64,000 nt of DNA from the human T2T-CHM13v2.0 reference genome, Homo sapiens. Under the pieces are notes generated by a model. The model had not been told where the DNA came from and did not search any database. It saw only the letters and a program-made list of their open reading frames with translations. Numbering within the stretch: the first letter of the stretch is position 1; each line of letters starts with the position of its first letter. Made by a program: the position numbers and the translations under genes. This document shows, piece after piece, positions 15,909 through 29,678 of the stretch. The stretch lies in NCBI RefSeq assembly GCF_009914755.1, contig NC_060929.1; one strand, given 5' to 3'.

Positions 15909-18109
15909 TGGGGGATTTACTCAATCATTGACTCTGAAACAGTTTTGTACATATTCCAGATGTGAAGTAAGCAATCCAGTAAATAATATTTAAGCTAGTA
16001 TAAAGAATCAATATAAAGAGGTTGGGGACCATGGTGTAATTGAAAAATTTACTTTTTTCAATTAAAAATATGTATGTATGTATGTATTTGCCTATGGATG
16101 TAATGTATACATAGTTTCTGACATTATTATCTCATTCTGCATAGTCAACATAACTTATAAAATGATAAAGTCTGGTTCTATGTTTTCTCAAAATCAATTT
16201 CTTGGACCATTTCCATTTGCCCACATAAAATAACTCTGTTCCTAACAGTGTTAAAGCTACCATTCTGTGTCACCTTTGTATGTAAGAAGCCTGTGGAGAG
16301 AATGATACAAAAGAAGAAGATTTTTAATCTCTCTAAATTCTTGTTGGTAAATTTGCTTTTCCCTTTTAATTACTTCTTGTAGAGATGTAGTATGAATTAA
16401 AAAAATAACGTAACGCTAAATGTAGAATTTACTAAATGCATAAATATTTGGAAGAAAGAAAATAAAACACAACTTCAGCATTAGAATACTGCCTATTTGG
16501 GTGCCAATCGAAGGAGATTTTTCTGAAATTTTCTAGACAATGATAACCGGAATCTATTACAGAACAAAGAAGTGTTGCTATAACAAAGCAGCATGCTGCA
16601 TATAATTAAAGCATTAAAATAGCATACAGACAAAACAGGCACAACAAGTTTTGTTATATATGAGGAAAGATTCTTTAAAAATTGTAAAACCAGATGTGCC
16701 AAATGACTGAAAGTAAAAATAACTTGACATCTGACTGGTTTATAAATCCATCAATTATATTGGATAGAGTTAAGTAATATTTTGGCATTTTCACTTTGTT
16801 ACCTTTATTCAGCAATTCACAAAAATGGGTAACCTTAAGGGTCTTACCAATTTACCTCTTAGCTCTGAAAGTGAATACTGCTCAGATATTTTAAAGAATG
16901 GTATCTGCACTGAAGGAAATTAAAGTAAATACTGAGAAAATAATTTATCCAATTCCCACTAGCAATACACACACAAATTCAGCTGCATTCCTACATATCT
17001 AAATATGTCAGCTTTTTCTCAGAGACATGCCCTGAATTATCCTACAAAATAGAATACATCAAAGATGAAAGAGCATTCAGAACATCAGCACAGAAATACA
17101 TCGATTTCTAAAACATAATTTTAAAGTGCTTCCAGCATATACAAGATACATTCATATTCCTCAGTTGTGTAGTGCCTAGTACTACCTTATTATAAAGTAA
17201 GCTTTGCATCTATTTACTACTTATCCCTCAATTACATGGTAAAATTGGATAGTTAAAAATAGAAGAACACATAAATATAGAAATCATTGGCTTTATGTCT
17301 GGAAACCTTTATCCTAAGATGTTTAGAAATACGCTTACTTAAAAAACAAAACCTGTATTTGTGATAAGTTCTCTTAATTTTGGTAATGGGGTGTTTAACT
17401 TCTAAAACCTGAGGTTAAGAAATTAAATTCTGTCATTTCATGTTTTGGTGTTGCAGTTCCATTCTCGGCATAAGGGATATTGATCTAATAATCATACTCT
17501 ACTCCTCCAAATATCTAGTCATTTTATGTCCCCACAAACTCATTTATTATAAAACCCATAAAACTATTCCCTGTGGTGCCTATAACAAAGGAACAAACTG
17601 AACAATAAAAAGGAACAATGTACATTTTTATTATGTTTTAACGATATCCCCATTGCCAGTACATACACAACCAAGTGGAAACGTTTTAGCCACTGGCATT
17701 TCCAGAGATCCACTTTTTGCCACTCTGCAATACAAATTCACGGGTGAAAACATCCATTAACAGAAAAGTTAAAAGGCAATATCTATCTATTATAAATAAA
17801 CAGTACATTTATGAGTTAATCCATCTTAGGTCACTACATGAAAGCCAGGCACAGTCATTGTTACAGGTATTTCTCTTCCTGCTGCATAAAATTCTGATTG
17901 AAATTTTATCGTGTTTCAAAAATCATACGTAGACCAAGTGTGTAGGTAGAAAATGGTGTCTTTAAATTAGCTAGAATCAGAAAATATGATTTATATAAAT
18001 GTAATAAAACTCATTTATTGGTTACTCTTATAAGTTCAAGCTTACCTGACCCCATATATTGTTAAGTATATTTTTTTCATTCAACAAATACACATTCTAG
18101 TCCTTTCTA

Positions 18110-18912
18110 GCCATAGTCTCAAAACACTTGATCATATATCCCAGTAGTAAAATTTTAACTGTGGCACACACTTTCAATAAATATATACTTAAGAATTTAT
18201 AAATTATATACAATAATTAACAAATGAATAATTATGTTCATAATAAACTGTATATAGGAAACATAAATTTTAAAATAATGAGATATGGTTACAATAAACA
18301 TTTTTAAAGCATGTTCCCAATTGCAATGGCTTCATGTTATCATTAACTAATACCTAAAAGCATAAAACACAGTATTCCCTCTGGGTTAGTTTATCAACAA
18401 TAATGGTGGACGTAAACACATATTATAGATCATGTTGATAATTTCAACTTTGGGATCCAATCTCTTGTTACATATAATTACTTTGGCACTGCTTTATCTC
18501 ATAATATTTTGTATTTAGTTCATAATAGAATAAATGCTAGCTATTTTCTCACCGCTTGTGTTGTTGGCATTTTCTTCATTCTGACATTTCTCTGCAGATT
18601 TCTTTTCAGGCCAATTGTGGATTTGGTTAGAATTAATTTAATAGATAACATAATAGTCACATTGTGATAAAAGGGTTCTGCTTTGTAGAACTACTACTCC
18701 TTCTTCAGAACCTTTGTACTGGTTTTTTTGACAGACAACTCCAGTGAGGTGCCTCTGTCAATACATGAGGTAAACTGCAATGCACTTAATACATGTACTT
18801 GTTAACAATAAATAAACATACAAGCAAGTTATCTTATTTTCTTTCCACTTCTCAGGGGATTATCTCTTGAACTTTTCTGGGGTGTATACATCACAACATG
18901 GAAACAACTACT
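18110..18912 (-). mobile_element. hAT-Charlie DNA transposon fossil with decayed BED-finger coding remnant
   Basis: Minus-strand translation of ~18445-18310 gives NYQHDL*YVFTSTIIVDKLTQREYCVLCF*VLVNDNMKPLQL, matching the Charlie/ZBED5-type Y..YGFT...CVLC...L.N..MKP..L pattern; degenerate TIR-like ends. Confidence 0.75.
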
Positions 18913-19291
18913 CTATAAGTAGTGTCTAGGAAGATGAATCTGGGGATTTAAAATATAACCTATTTGTTTTTAAGCATAAAACCATGTTCAACTATTTATA
19001 ACTCCTAGAGAATAATGAATGGTTGATAGAACTTGATTTTTCTTATTTTAATACTTTATTTTATTTTATTGCTGGAATATTAACGACATTAAAACATGAA
19101 TTTTGTGTTTTATTTTTTGCTACATTCCCTCTTCCAGAACAGTGCCTGACAAACAGCAGCTGCACGTGAAGCAGTTTTTAAATGAATCAAAGCTTATTCA
19201 GCTGCAGGTAATGGTTCTTTCCATTGCTCCCAGTTATTCCCAGTTTACCCAGCACTTTCCAACATCCTCTCCACAGTCCTGAGAGGTGTCA

Positions 19292-19830
19292 TTTTCATTT
19301 TCTTCTTTTTTTTCTTTTCTTTTCTTTCCTTTCCTTTCCTTTCCTTTCCTTTCCTTTCCTTTCCTTTCCTTTCCTTTCCTTTCCTTTCCTTTCCTTTCCT
19401 TTCCCTTTCCTTTTCCTTTCCTTTTCCTTTCCTTTCTTTTCTTTTCTTTCAATAGTTTTGGGGAAACCAATGGTTTTGGTTACATGGATAAGTTCTTTAG
19501 TGGTGATTTCTGAGATTTGGTGCACCCATCACTGCATGGTGTACAGTACCCATTATGTAGTCTTTTGTCCCTCACTCCCCACCCTTCTTCACAAGCCCCT
19601 ATGGTTCATTATATCATTCTTAAGCTTTTGTGTCCTCACAGCTTAGCTCCCACTTACAAATGAGAACATACAATAGTTGGTTTTCCATTCCTGAGTTTCT
19701 ACACTTAGAATAATGGTCTCTAATACCATCCAGGCTGTTGTGAATGCCATGACTTTGTTCCTTTTTTATGTCTGAGTAGTATTCCATGGTGTGTATATAC
19801 CACATTTTCTTTATCTACTCATTGATTGAT
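19292..19830 (-). mobile_element. L1PB 3' fragment with tail expanded into (TTTCC)n
   Basis: ggttacatggataagttctttagtggtgatttctgagatt and ttccattcctgagtt..cacttagaataatgg; probable TSD gagaggtgtca/gataggtgtta. Confidence 0.9.
19310..19450. repeat. (TTTCC)n pentanucleotide homopyrimidine tract
   Basis: Directly visible. Confidence 0.95.
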
Positions 19831-20529
19831 AGGTGTTAAATAGATAAACTGTTCCCAACATAAAGAAGGAAAAAAATATATTCCTTTGACTAGCTTCAAG
19901 ACGAATGCCTTTTTAAAACCTGGGTTTGTTATGACTAATGCTTAACTCGGGTCTAGTTATCTGGACAAATAATAAGATTACAGGACAACTGTAAGATAAA
20001 GATTCACCCCAACCAAAGAATGAGCACTGGGGTTTCTCATTAAAAAAAGAGCTTCACAGTCTATAATATTTCAAACAAAACAAAAGCATCCTTTACCTAA
20101 TACTAGATATTTGTTTCTACCTGATCCTGAATCAAATCTTGAGGAAGCTGCCATTGTTTTTCTGATTATTTCTAGGTAATAAAAATGCCCTAAGCTTACT
20201 TTTAGCTACTAGACAATCGCCTGTACCTTCCTTACTAAAATAAGTCTAGTTTTGTAGCATCTAAAAATTCATAGTGATATCCAAGTTGGAACTCCTCATT
20301 CCCAGCTTAGGCCTACCTGGGAAAATTGCAGTGGAGAAGTGGGACCTCACCTAAAATTCACAGTCTGGGTCACAATGGAAACTCTCTTATGGGTCTAAAT
20401 CATTAAAAGTTATCATAAGGCTAATAAATTATTTAAAACATTTGTCACCTATCTTTCTAACAATGTGGAAGACTAGGTTGGAATTTAGAACTCTAAATTT
20501 AGAACTAGGTTGGAATTTAGAATTTAGAA

Positions 20530-21510
20530 TTGAGGACCATAAGAGAAACAGCTTTCAACCCACTCTTCTCTACAGATATCCAAGCCCAAGCACCTGATCA
20601 CTGTCTTTCCCAAGCAGTAATCAGATATTCCATGGCATGTCACTGATCCCAGGTGTGTGCCCACTAGTGACACAGTGACACATGGGAGGACAGATATGGA
20701 GAAGGGGCTCACATGGGGCCTAGAAGTATGCTGGGTACCATTTGGGCAGACCATTCTGGGTTCTGGATTATCTTCAGCATGGTCTAGAAAGGGGAATAAG
20801 TCTCCAGGTGGGCATGTTCCCTTGTACCCATGGATGTCTTGCTCCATAGAGAGGAGTGGTTCCAGAAGAAAGCCAGAGCAAGATCTCCAATGTGAGATCC
20901 AGGACAAGGGGTCCCTCCTGGCAGTGTCTAAGGAAGGAACTGGGAAGTGAGTTAAGGCGATATTCTCTTCTCTCATTCCACCTTATCCTCCATTCTCTAG
21001 TTTCTTTTGACATCTTCAGTACCAAAGTGGATGAGATGAAATCCTTGATGGTCAGGTTGAAACATGGCTTTGGTGATCTGGATTTGGCAGATGTGCTTTG
21101 TGGGCTCTTTTTTTCCTGGGACAATGGAAGGTTCTGTGATGACATTTCATCACTGGGAATTCTTTACCTCTAGCTGCCTTCTTTTATGGGCCTTTATGCT
21201 CTGTGCCCTGGATCCCCTTGGAGCACCATGTTGATTGCACAGGGACCTTCTCTGGATTTTCCTCTTGGGCTCCCAAGATAACAGAGCTTCTTGGTTTTGA
21301 GAAGTCCACATCTGGCCCACAGGAAATCCACACATATTCTTTCCCTGCCATATTCTAGAACTGTACTCCATTCCCCATACCTTTCTCTGTCCTTGATCTG
21401 TATCCAGTGAGGACAGCTTAGGCCATAGCCCCTTGTCTTTGGGCCTCCCAAGAAAGGCACTGAAGCAGCAGTCCATATGTAACTGATTATATGACATCAT
21501 CATAATAAAA
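20530..21510. other. Unassigned GC-elevated, CpG-depleted ~1 kb segment; possible ancient retrocopy or ERV internal fragment
   Basis: Abrupt composition shift from AT-rich flanks, several 88-150 aa ORFs on both strands, AATAAA plus A-rich stretch at ~21504. Source not recognised. Confidence 0.35.
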
Positions 21511-24500
21511 GGAAAAGCTTAGTGTTTTATTTCTTTCTGACCTTCCCACAGTCCTTTTCTTCCTTTTTCAGTAATAACATACTTAATATCAATCATATTT
21601 TTAAAAGTAAATATTTAGGGAAAACAGACAGTGGGCTTTTAAATCGACCAAGACTCTTGAGCTTTGTATTTGAGAAAGCTTTAAAAATAAAAGTTGGGCA
21701 AGAAATTTGAACCTCAAAGAGTGACTCTACTTTTAGATGACAAACCCAAATCATGTTTAAAGTCCCTGAAAAACAGAAAATGACCAGGAAGTTCATTTTA
21801 AATATACTCTCTAAACCATTTGAGAATTGCAGGCCATAAACTATGGCAGAAAGATAGCTGGCAATAAATTTTTCCTCAATTTGGTTGCTCTGAAGAGGAA
21901 AGAGAAAGACTATGTTCTCAGACAAAAATGTCACTTACATTCCTATGAGACTATACCTTAAAGAGAAACTGAAATACGTTATATTCCTATGAGTTTAAAA
22001 TATCAATTAAAAAATAAAGCTCACTAAGAATTAAGTTACTTTAAGGAAATAAGGTAATTTCATGTTTATTTACTTTTTAACATATAAGACCATCAATGCA
22101 AAAATACACTAAATATCTTGGATGACTTTATTAATAAAAAAGTCATGGATAGCTCAGAAATTCATCTAATCAAACTTAAAAGACTAATCAGTGCAACTTA
22201 AGATCAAAATCAGCCATGCTAGGTCAATCTATCTACGTAACTTAGAATAATGTTAGTAGTAAGGTATTAACATGGACATTGTGACATCTTTTATAGACAG
22301 AAAAATGCATAAGGAAAGTTTTAGCAAAACAAAACAAAACACATGTATAAACTTGCAGTTTAATTCATCTTAAATGAAGATACTGAGAATGATTATCCAT
22401 ACTAGAAAATGCTATCCATTTTCATCAAAATACTATCCTGTCATCAAAAGTATGATGTCATCAAATTCTACCTTATAAACTTCTAAACGGATTCCATTGC
22501 TTTACTGTATTTAAATATGGTGAATCATTTATACTAATACATAGCTCTTTAGAAGCTTGTAATAATTGACTGCTTTTAAGAAGGCCAACTTAGACCTCTG
22601 AAGCTGGCCATAAGGGACTACTGCTGTATATGCTGTGCTATGATTTTCTCATCATATATGCAGATACAACTGAGAGGGATCTGAAAAAATATTTTTTTTA
22701 ATATATGCCCTGCTTTTTCCACAAATCAGTTAAAACGGTTTGCAGTAAAATCCCTACATATGAAGAGACGTAGATATAAAAATAAAAATAGGTATCCTAA
22801 ATGATTGGGAAGAATAGGAACGTAGACTAGGATACTTACTGGATTTGAACATTAAGTTTGTCTATGTAGATAAAATAGCTTTTATAGTTCTCATTACTTG
22901 ATGACATGGGTATCTTCATACTTCAGAAATTATAAATATGTGCTTCCTTGAATTTAAATAAAATATATTTAAAAATATACTGGTAAAATATGCCAGCACT
23001 AATTCATTCAATAAATATTTATAGTACAGCTACCATGTGACAGGCACCCTTGAAAGATATAAGAGAAATATCCGTATGTAAAATAGCCATATATCCCTGC
23101 CAAGTAGTGGTAAATAACCCCAACTGGTCAAGTTCAAAAGACAAGATAATTGCAATGATCTCTGTTGCAATTCACCGTGGTGTTCTCTAGCGTTCTGCTT
23201 TGGTAGTCAAACCATAAACAAGTGTTTAGTGTGCTCTTATCACTCACTTATTTATAAATTCATTTACCCAATATATTTTGAGTACCTACTACATGCAAAT
23301 CACAATTCTAGGTTTTGATCAGGAATCATAGATGACTCAGGCAGAAATTATCTTTAAGCTGCCTGGAGTGAGGAGAAATATATAAATAAATACAAAACAA
23401 GGGAGAAAGAATGAAGAAGTAAGTGTCTTACAAGGTTGAAAGCAGAGGGACTTTCCTGCCTGAGGAAGTAGAAATCCTAGGAGCGTTTTTGGAGGATCTG
23501 GGCCTGGCATTATCGATGAGCGATAAGGGCAAGGGCTTTCCAGGCACAGAAAGAAAATCAGCAAGGGCAGGACAATGGGAAATTAAGGATCCTGAAGGAC
23601 GGATGGCAAGTGGCTAACTTTAGAGAACCATTTGTATGTAAAGGGGAATATGAAAATAAATTAAGGAAGTTAGATCAGGGTCAGATTTTTGGCAAGAGAA
23701 TAGGTTCAGATTGTGAAGCTGGTGTCCCTAACTGTGCTTCTTGCTATTAAAATGTAAATAAAGCATACAGCTAGACTCTGGTCCTTAGGAACTTTATAAT
23801 CTAATATGTACATGGCCGGACAAATGCAAGATCCTCACATTGAATTGTTCCCATATTCCTTTCTTTTACCAGATGATGTTTAGAGTTCTATAAGAAAAGA
23901 AACTACACACCTGACACAGTTCAGGAAAGGTCACATATTTAGAGCCATCTCATCTACGACAAAACCATCTTCTACCTGTGTTTTACCTTTTACTTGTGAC
24001 TACCGTTTCTCAAGGCATCATTTCTCACAACGGCAACTCTTGTGCTGCATTCCTCTTCTAAGTGCTGCTAGCTCCTGCCTTCCAATATTGCTCTTGAAGG
24101 ATTCACTGCCTAGGCTGTGAGAATGTAGCATTAAGGCATACACAACTGGGAAATAGTAGCTGACAATGGACTAAAGGTATGAGAAGCAAAGTGATTCCAA
24201 CAAAAACAGTGTGCTCACTGTAAACAACAAATAATGACAAAACCTCCAGCAGCAAGAGAGGCAAATGGCTCTCTCGATAATCTTGATGGAAAGCACTGTT
24301 CACGGCTCCTTCATCTTTTAGACAAAGGATGGCACCACGTGCAAGGTAACATTAACATAATCACTATTTGTGGGGACAATTCTAAGTGCTGAATAAGTGC
24401 TTGTAGACAGTTATGCATGGGTGGCTGTTCCTTCTACTGTATATTTGTATTAAAACATGTATATGTGCAAATGCAACAGAACCCTGCATTAAACTTCAAT

Positions 24501-25054
24501 TCCACCCACCCTTGCCTCCTACATATTTATCAATCATTTAACAATAACCCTTTCATCTTTTCTTGCTTCTGCCTCACTTTGTTTCCATCTGCCCTCTCTC
24601 CTTTGCATACTAAACTCTCCATTTTGAAATTTCCATGCCACTGTCACTCCTCTGTCTTCCAAGTGATTGATTTAAACAATCTTAAAAAGCTTTAAAAATT
24701 ATCTAACAATTATTTGTTTAGCAATCTTTATATACTACATGGCTCCTCATATTCACCAAAAATCTAATAAACACTGACAATCTGACAATCTCCAAAAGGA
24801 GGAGATGAGGTACCGTGTTCCTCAACTTATTTGGCCATGGGCCTCTTGTTAGAGGAAGTATTATTTTTCTTCACATTAATTTTATAAGCTCTTAAAGACA
24901 CATACTATTTAAGAGTTTTTGTTTGTTTGTTTGTTCTCCCTTGTTGTTCTCCCTTGTTTTGTTTGTTTGTTTGTCTTTTTCAAAGCCCAATATCATGGGA
25001 GATAGACTGCTATTAGACAATACATTAAATGATTCATTGGTTAACACACCAAGG

Positions 25055-25900
25055 CTCATTCATTCATTTGTTTACTTAACAAATATTTATCAAGCACCTA
25101 TGATGAGCTAGGCACTTTTTAGGCACAGCAAATTACAGCAAAATGTAAACAAATCAAGTCCTTGCTCTAGAAAAGATGCTTACTCTCTAAAGAGAAGAAA
25201 AATATTAAAACATAAATATAAAATGTGGCAGATGGTGATGAGTGCTAAGAAAATAAAGATGAGTAAAAGAGAGGAACAGCAAAGAGATGGTGGAGGAAGA
25301 TGTTAAAGAATGCTGTTGTCTTCGGGTTAGTTGGAGGAAGCCACTCTGGAAAATTCTTACTTGAGCTAAGATCTAAGAAGAAAAGGAAAGGGAGCAAGAA
25401 TCATGGTTATCTAGCAAAGAGGAGGCCAGGTAAATGATCACAATGCAAAGGCCCCAGACTGGAAGCTGGACTGACACATCTGAGGTCAGCAGAGAACTGT
25501 GTGGCCAAAGTAGAATCAGCAAGGTGGAGTATAGTTGGATATAAGATCAAGAGAGACGAACAGGAACGGGGCATGCCAGGTTATTTTTGTTCACTATAAA
25601 GACTTTAGATTCTGCTTGAAGTGAACTATGAAACCATGGGAGATTTTAAACACAGAAATGACTTATTACTACGTATATTTGAAGGTATCGGTCTGGATTT
25701 TTTTTGAGAATAAATTGGGAGCAAGTGTAGAGTCAGCAAAATCATTAGGAGCACGTCATAGTGCATAATGCTGCCTTAGGAAGAAGTGAAGGTGGTAAGA
25801 GGTGATTAAAATCTGAATGTGTTCTTAAACTAATCTCAGAGCATGCAGGAGACATTGAGTATAGATAACTCTTCTAAGGAGTTTGATTGGAAAGTGTAGA
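25055..25900 (-). mobile_element. L2 LINE fragment
   Basis: ctcattcattcatttgtttacttaacaaatatttatcaagcacct tail; caatgcaaaggcccc body. Confidence 0.75.
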
Positions 25901-27284
25901 ACCAGAACAATAGCGTTCATGAGTTTGCCCCTTCCTTTCCTCAGACTCCCACACCTCTCCTCTCTCTCCCCTTCTTTTCCTCCTTCTCTCCCTGCTTCTC
26001 ACCTCACATACTGAGAAGGTGTACACTCTCAATTATAAGATGTTACTTTTTAAATTGAGGCACCTGGTGTTTCAATCCTCTCTACTGCCTAATTTAGCAC
26101 AGATAAAATCAGTATCTATTTCTGTTTTATTTTAGTACCGATTTCTTTTACTATGATGAAAGAATAAGTATTCTGAAAACCAATAATACCAAGAATGATA
26201 GTTTATCAGCATACAGAACATTTAATTGTACAAAACACTATCACATATACTAAATTGACAGGGCATCACCAAGTGGGATCTGAGAATAGGCAAGTGGCCC
26301 AGTTATTTCTATTCTAAAACCAAGGAAACCAAGACCTGTTATTATCATTACTTAAAGTTGATATGACTTGTTAAGAGTATAGAAGGAATGGAAGTTTAAG
26401 TCTTTTCTACATTTAAATTCTCAGCTCTTTCAACAACCATGCTGTCATTATCCAAATAAACTGCACTCATTTTATTTAGAAAAAGTCAGAAACAATTCCT
26501 TTACTTATCAACCAAAAAAGCATTTTCAGATCAAGGAGAGAATAATTCTCATTTGGAAATATTTCAATTTAAGATATATCATATAAAATGATTAAAATCT
26601 CCTGAATATCTAAGTCTGCTTATTTCCAAACGATGCATTGCCTTAAATTTCTCTAAACTTCTAGGCTATGGCATAATTGCAAAATAAATTAAAATGTTGA
26701 GAGCAAAATCAATCATTCTAAAGGCTGACATTAGTAAATATCCACTCTATGCAACTGTGATTTCCAGATTTCCTATTCAAATGTAAATGATGTTCTATTT
26801 TTTAAAATCATTGTTGTATTTTAGCATGTAATTATTAGTCTTGATTTACATACTTCTGTTATGTTTTCTTTAAAATATACTGCATTACACTATCATGACA
26901 CATAACACACAATATATCTAAAGACAACCAATTTTATGGGTCTTTTAAAAATATCAAAAATTAAAAATTCAACATCCTAAATAGCATTGAATATATTTAA
27001 GACCTTCCTTGTACCTGTACATACCTATATATGTATGAACATATACATTATTTCTCTTTAAATTTCTAGATTCTATCTTAATGATGCTGTTGAAAGATAG
27101 AAAGAGTGGCAATCACAATGCATACTTGAAATCATAAGAACAGTATATTACGCTGCCCACATCTATAGTAAAAAGTGAGGTAAAAAGAGAAATAATTATA
27201 ATGCTACTGAAATTAACAAAAATATCCCATAAATATTTATGATGCTGGTCGTAATTGACTTCAAACTATTTTTCATATACGAAC

Positions 27285-28670
27285 ATTGTTCAACTCCTCC
27301 CAAGTGTTCATTACTACCTTGGTCCAAGCCACCATCACCTCCCAGGTGGTTGCAAGGTTCCACGCTTACCCCCACCTGAACCTATTCTTTGCCATCTGCC
27401 AGAATCATTCTCCAAATAGAAATTAGTTCATTTACTCCCTTGCTGTCCACCTTCCAAAAGTGTGCTTCCACAATTACAATTACACAACTACAATAAAACT
27501 AAAAGTCCTCTCTATGGCTTACACGTCCTTGACTATTGCTCAGGTCCTCTTTCTGCCCACTCTCTTAATCACTCACCATGCTCCAGACACATACCCATCT
27601 TAGGATTCAATACTTGCTAATCCTTGTGATTCACATACTTGACCCCCTGACTTCATTCACATCTCTGCTTGTTACTTGGTAGGAGCAAGCTTCTTTGGCT
27701 AAGCTCTAAAACAGCACTCACGCCCCTTTGTTCCATAATCTCCATTCTTACAAAACATAACAAAACTTGTTATTATGCATTGTGGTGCTGTTATTTCTGA
27801 TTGAAATTTTAGTTGAGATAATTATAGATTCATATCCATTTGAAAAACTATAATACAAAGAAATACCATATATATTTTAATCAGTTATCCTCAATGGTTA
27901 ACATTTTACAAACTACAGTATAAAAACAGAACCAAAATATTGACATTACTATGATAGTCCAATCTTATTCAGATTTCTCCAGTTTTACTTATATTGATAT
28001 GTGTATGTAATTAGGCTCTATAGAATTTTATCACATATGTAGGTTTCTGTATGTGTCATCACAGTCAATATACGAAATGGTTCAAACACAAGGACACCTC
28101 ATGTTGCCCTTTTATAACCACACTCACTTCCCTCTGTCCCTAACATCTGGAAACCACTAATCTATCCTCCATTTCTAAAACTTTGTCATTTCAAAAATGT
28201 AATTAAATGGGTCATCTAGTATGTATTCTCTTGGGATTGGCTTTTTTTTTTCACTCAGCTTAATTTCCTGGAGATTTATCTAAGTTGTTGTATGTATCAA
28301 TAGGTCCTTCCTTTGCATTGCTGAGTAGCAATTCCATGGTATGTATGTACCACAGTTTGTTTAACCATTTGCCTGTTGAAGGACATCTGTGCAATTCTAG
28401 ATTTCAGGCATTACAAATAAAGCTGCTATGAGTATCCAGGTACAGGTATTTGTGTGAACTTTAACTTTTTACTTATCTGGGATAAATGCCCAAGAGTGTA
28501 ATTGCTGGACTGTATGGTAATGCCTGTGTCACATTTTCATCATCTTTTTCTCCATTAATGAAGTTCTATGACAGCAGAGACTTGGTTATTTTGGTTCAGT
28601 GCTATATTCCACTATCCAGATTAGTGCTTTGCACTGAGTAGGGAGTTAATAATATATTTGTTGTATAAGT
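27285..28670 (+). mobile_element. L2 LINE fragment split by an L1 insertion
   Basis: ccttggtccaagccaccatcacctc body at 27.3 kb; resumes with ttctatgacagcagagactt...aatatatttgttg at 28.55-28.67 kb. Confidence 0.65.
27800..28522 (-). mobile_element. L1MB/MC 3' fragment
   Basis: gttgagataattatagattca..., ttgctgagtagcaattccatggtatg..., ctgggataaatgcccaagagtgtaattgctgg. Confidence 0.85.
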
Positions 28671-29360
28671 GAGCTTCAGATCCTCATGAAAATTTATTCT
28701 CTTGTTTATAGCTGCCTTTACAGGAGAAATGATATTGCAAAATGGTTTCTTGGGAAAGACAGTAGAGAGGAGAATAAGAGAGGTGTGGCCATAGCATCTG
28801 TCTCCAAATAGCCTGAGATATCTGAACCCTGAATGAAAGAGAAGTTAAGGAAGAAAGGCTGAGCAACGGTGTTCACAAAAAGATTTGTAAGGTTCTGGGA
28901 AAAGACACATGTCTTTCCAACTCCCAAGAACATAGTAAGACCCAATGCCATTAAAACGGCTAGGCTTGACCTTGACCTTAGACCATGTGCAGTTTCAGTT
29001 GGCTAGGTGACCATTAGCAGAGAACGGAGTAGTCTTCCCTTATCACTATGTTCAAGGTCAGAACAACAGCAGTGGTATTCTGAAAAATAGTAAGTAAGCT
29101 CTCATTAAATATTTATCAAATGGATAAATAAATAAGTTATTTCCTCACATGGCTGGGGAAGACTTTAGGGGAGAATGAAATCCTACCTAAGCAACTTACT
29201 TGGAAGATGATAACTAAGAGCAACAGTAATTTAGAAATCAGTATCACCTTTGGCTACAAGGCCTAGGAAATTTGAATTACATGCAATTTTTTAAAAACTG
29301 CATTTGTAATACTATTTCTATTTCTGGGAACAATCTTTATAAAATTATGAATCGGTTCTA

Positions 29361-29678
<318 letters not shown>

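Noticed and set aside
19224-19805. ORFs up to 140 aa with FPFLS/ERKGK repeats and an MWYIHTMEYY ORF
   Set aside because: (TTTCC)n repeat and the L1 ORF2 C-terminal remnant.
21020-21100. LMVRLKHGFGDLDLAD resembling a Harbinger/PIF transposase helix-turn-helix
   Set aside because: Similarity too short; no DDE motifs or TIRs seen.
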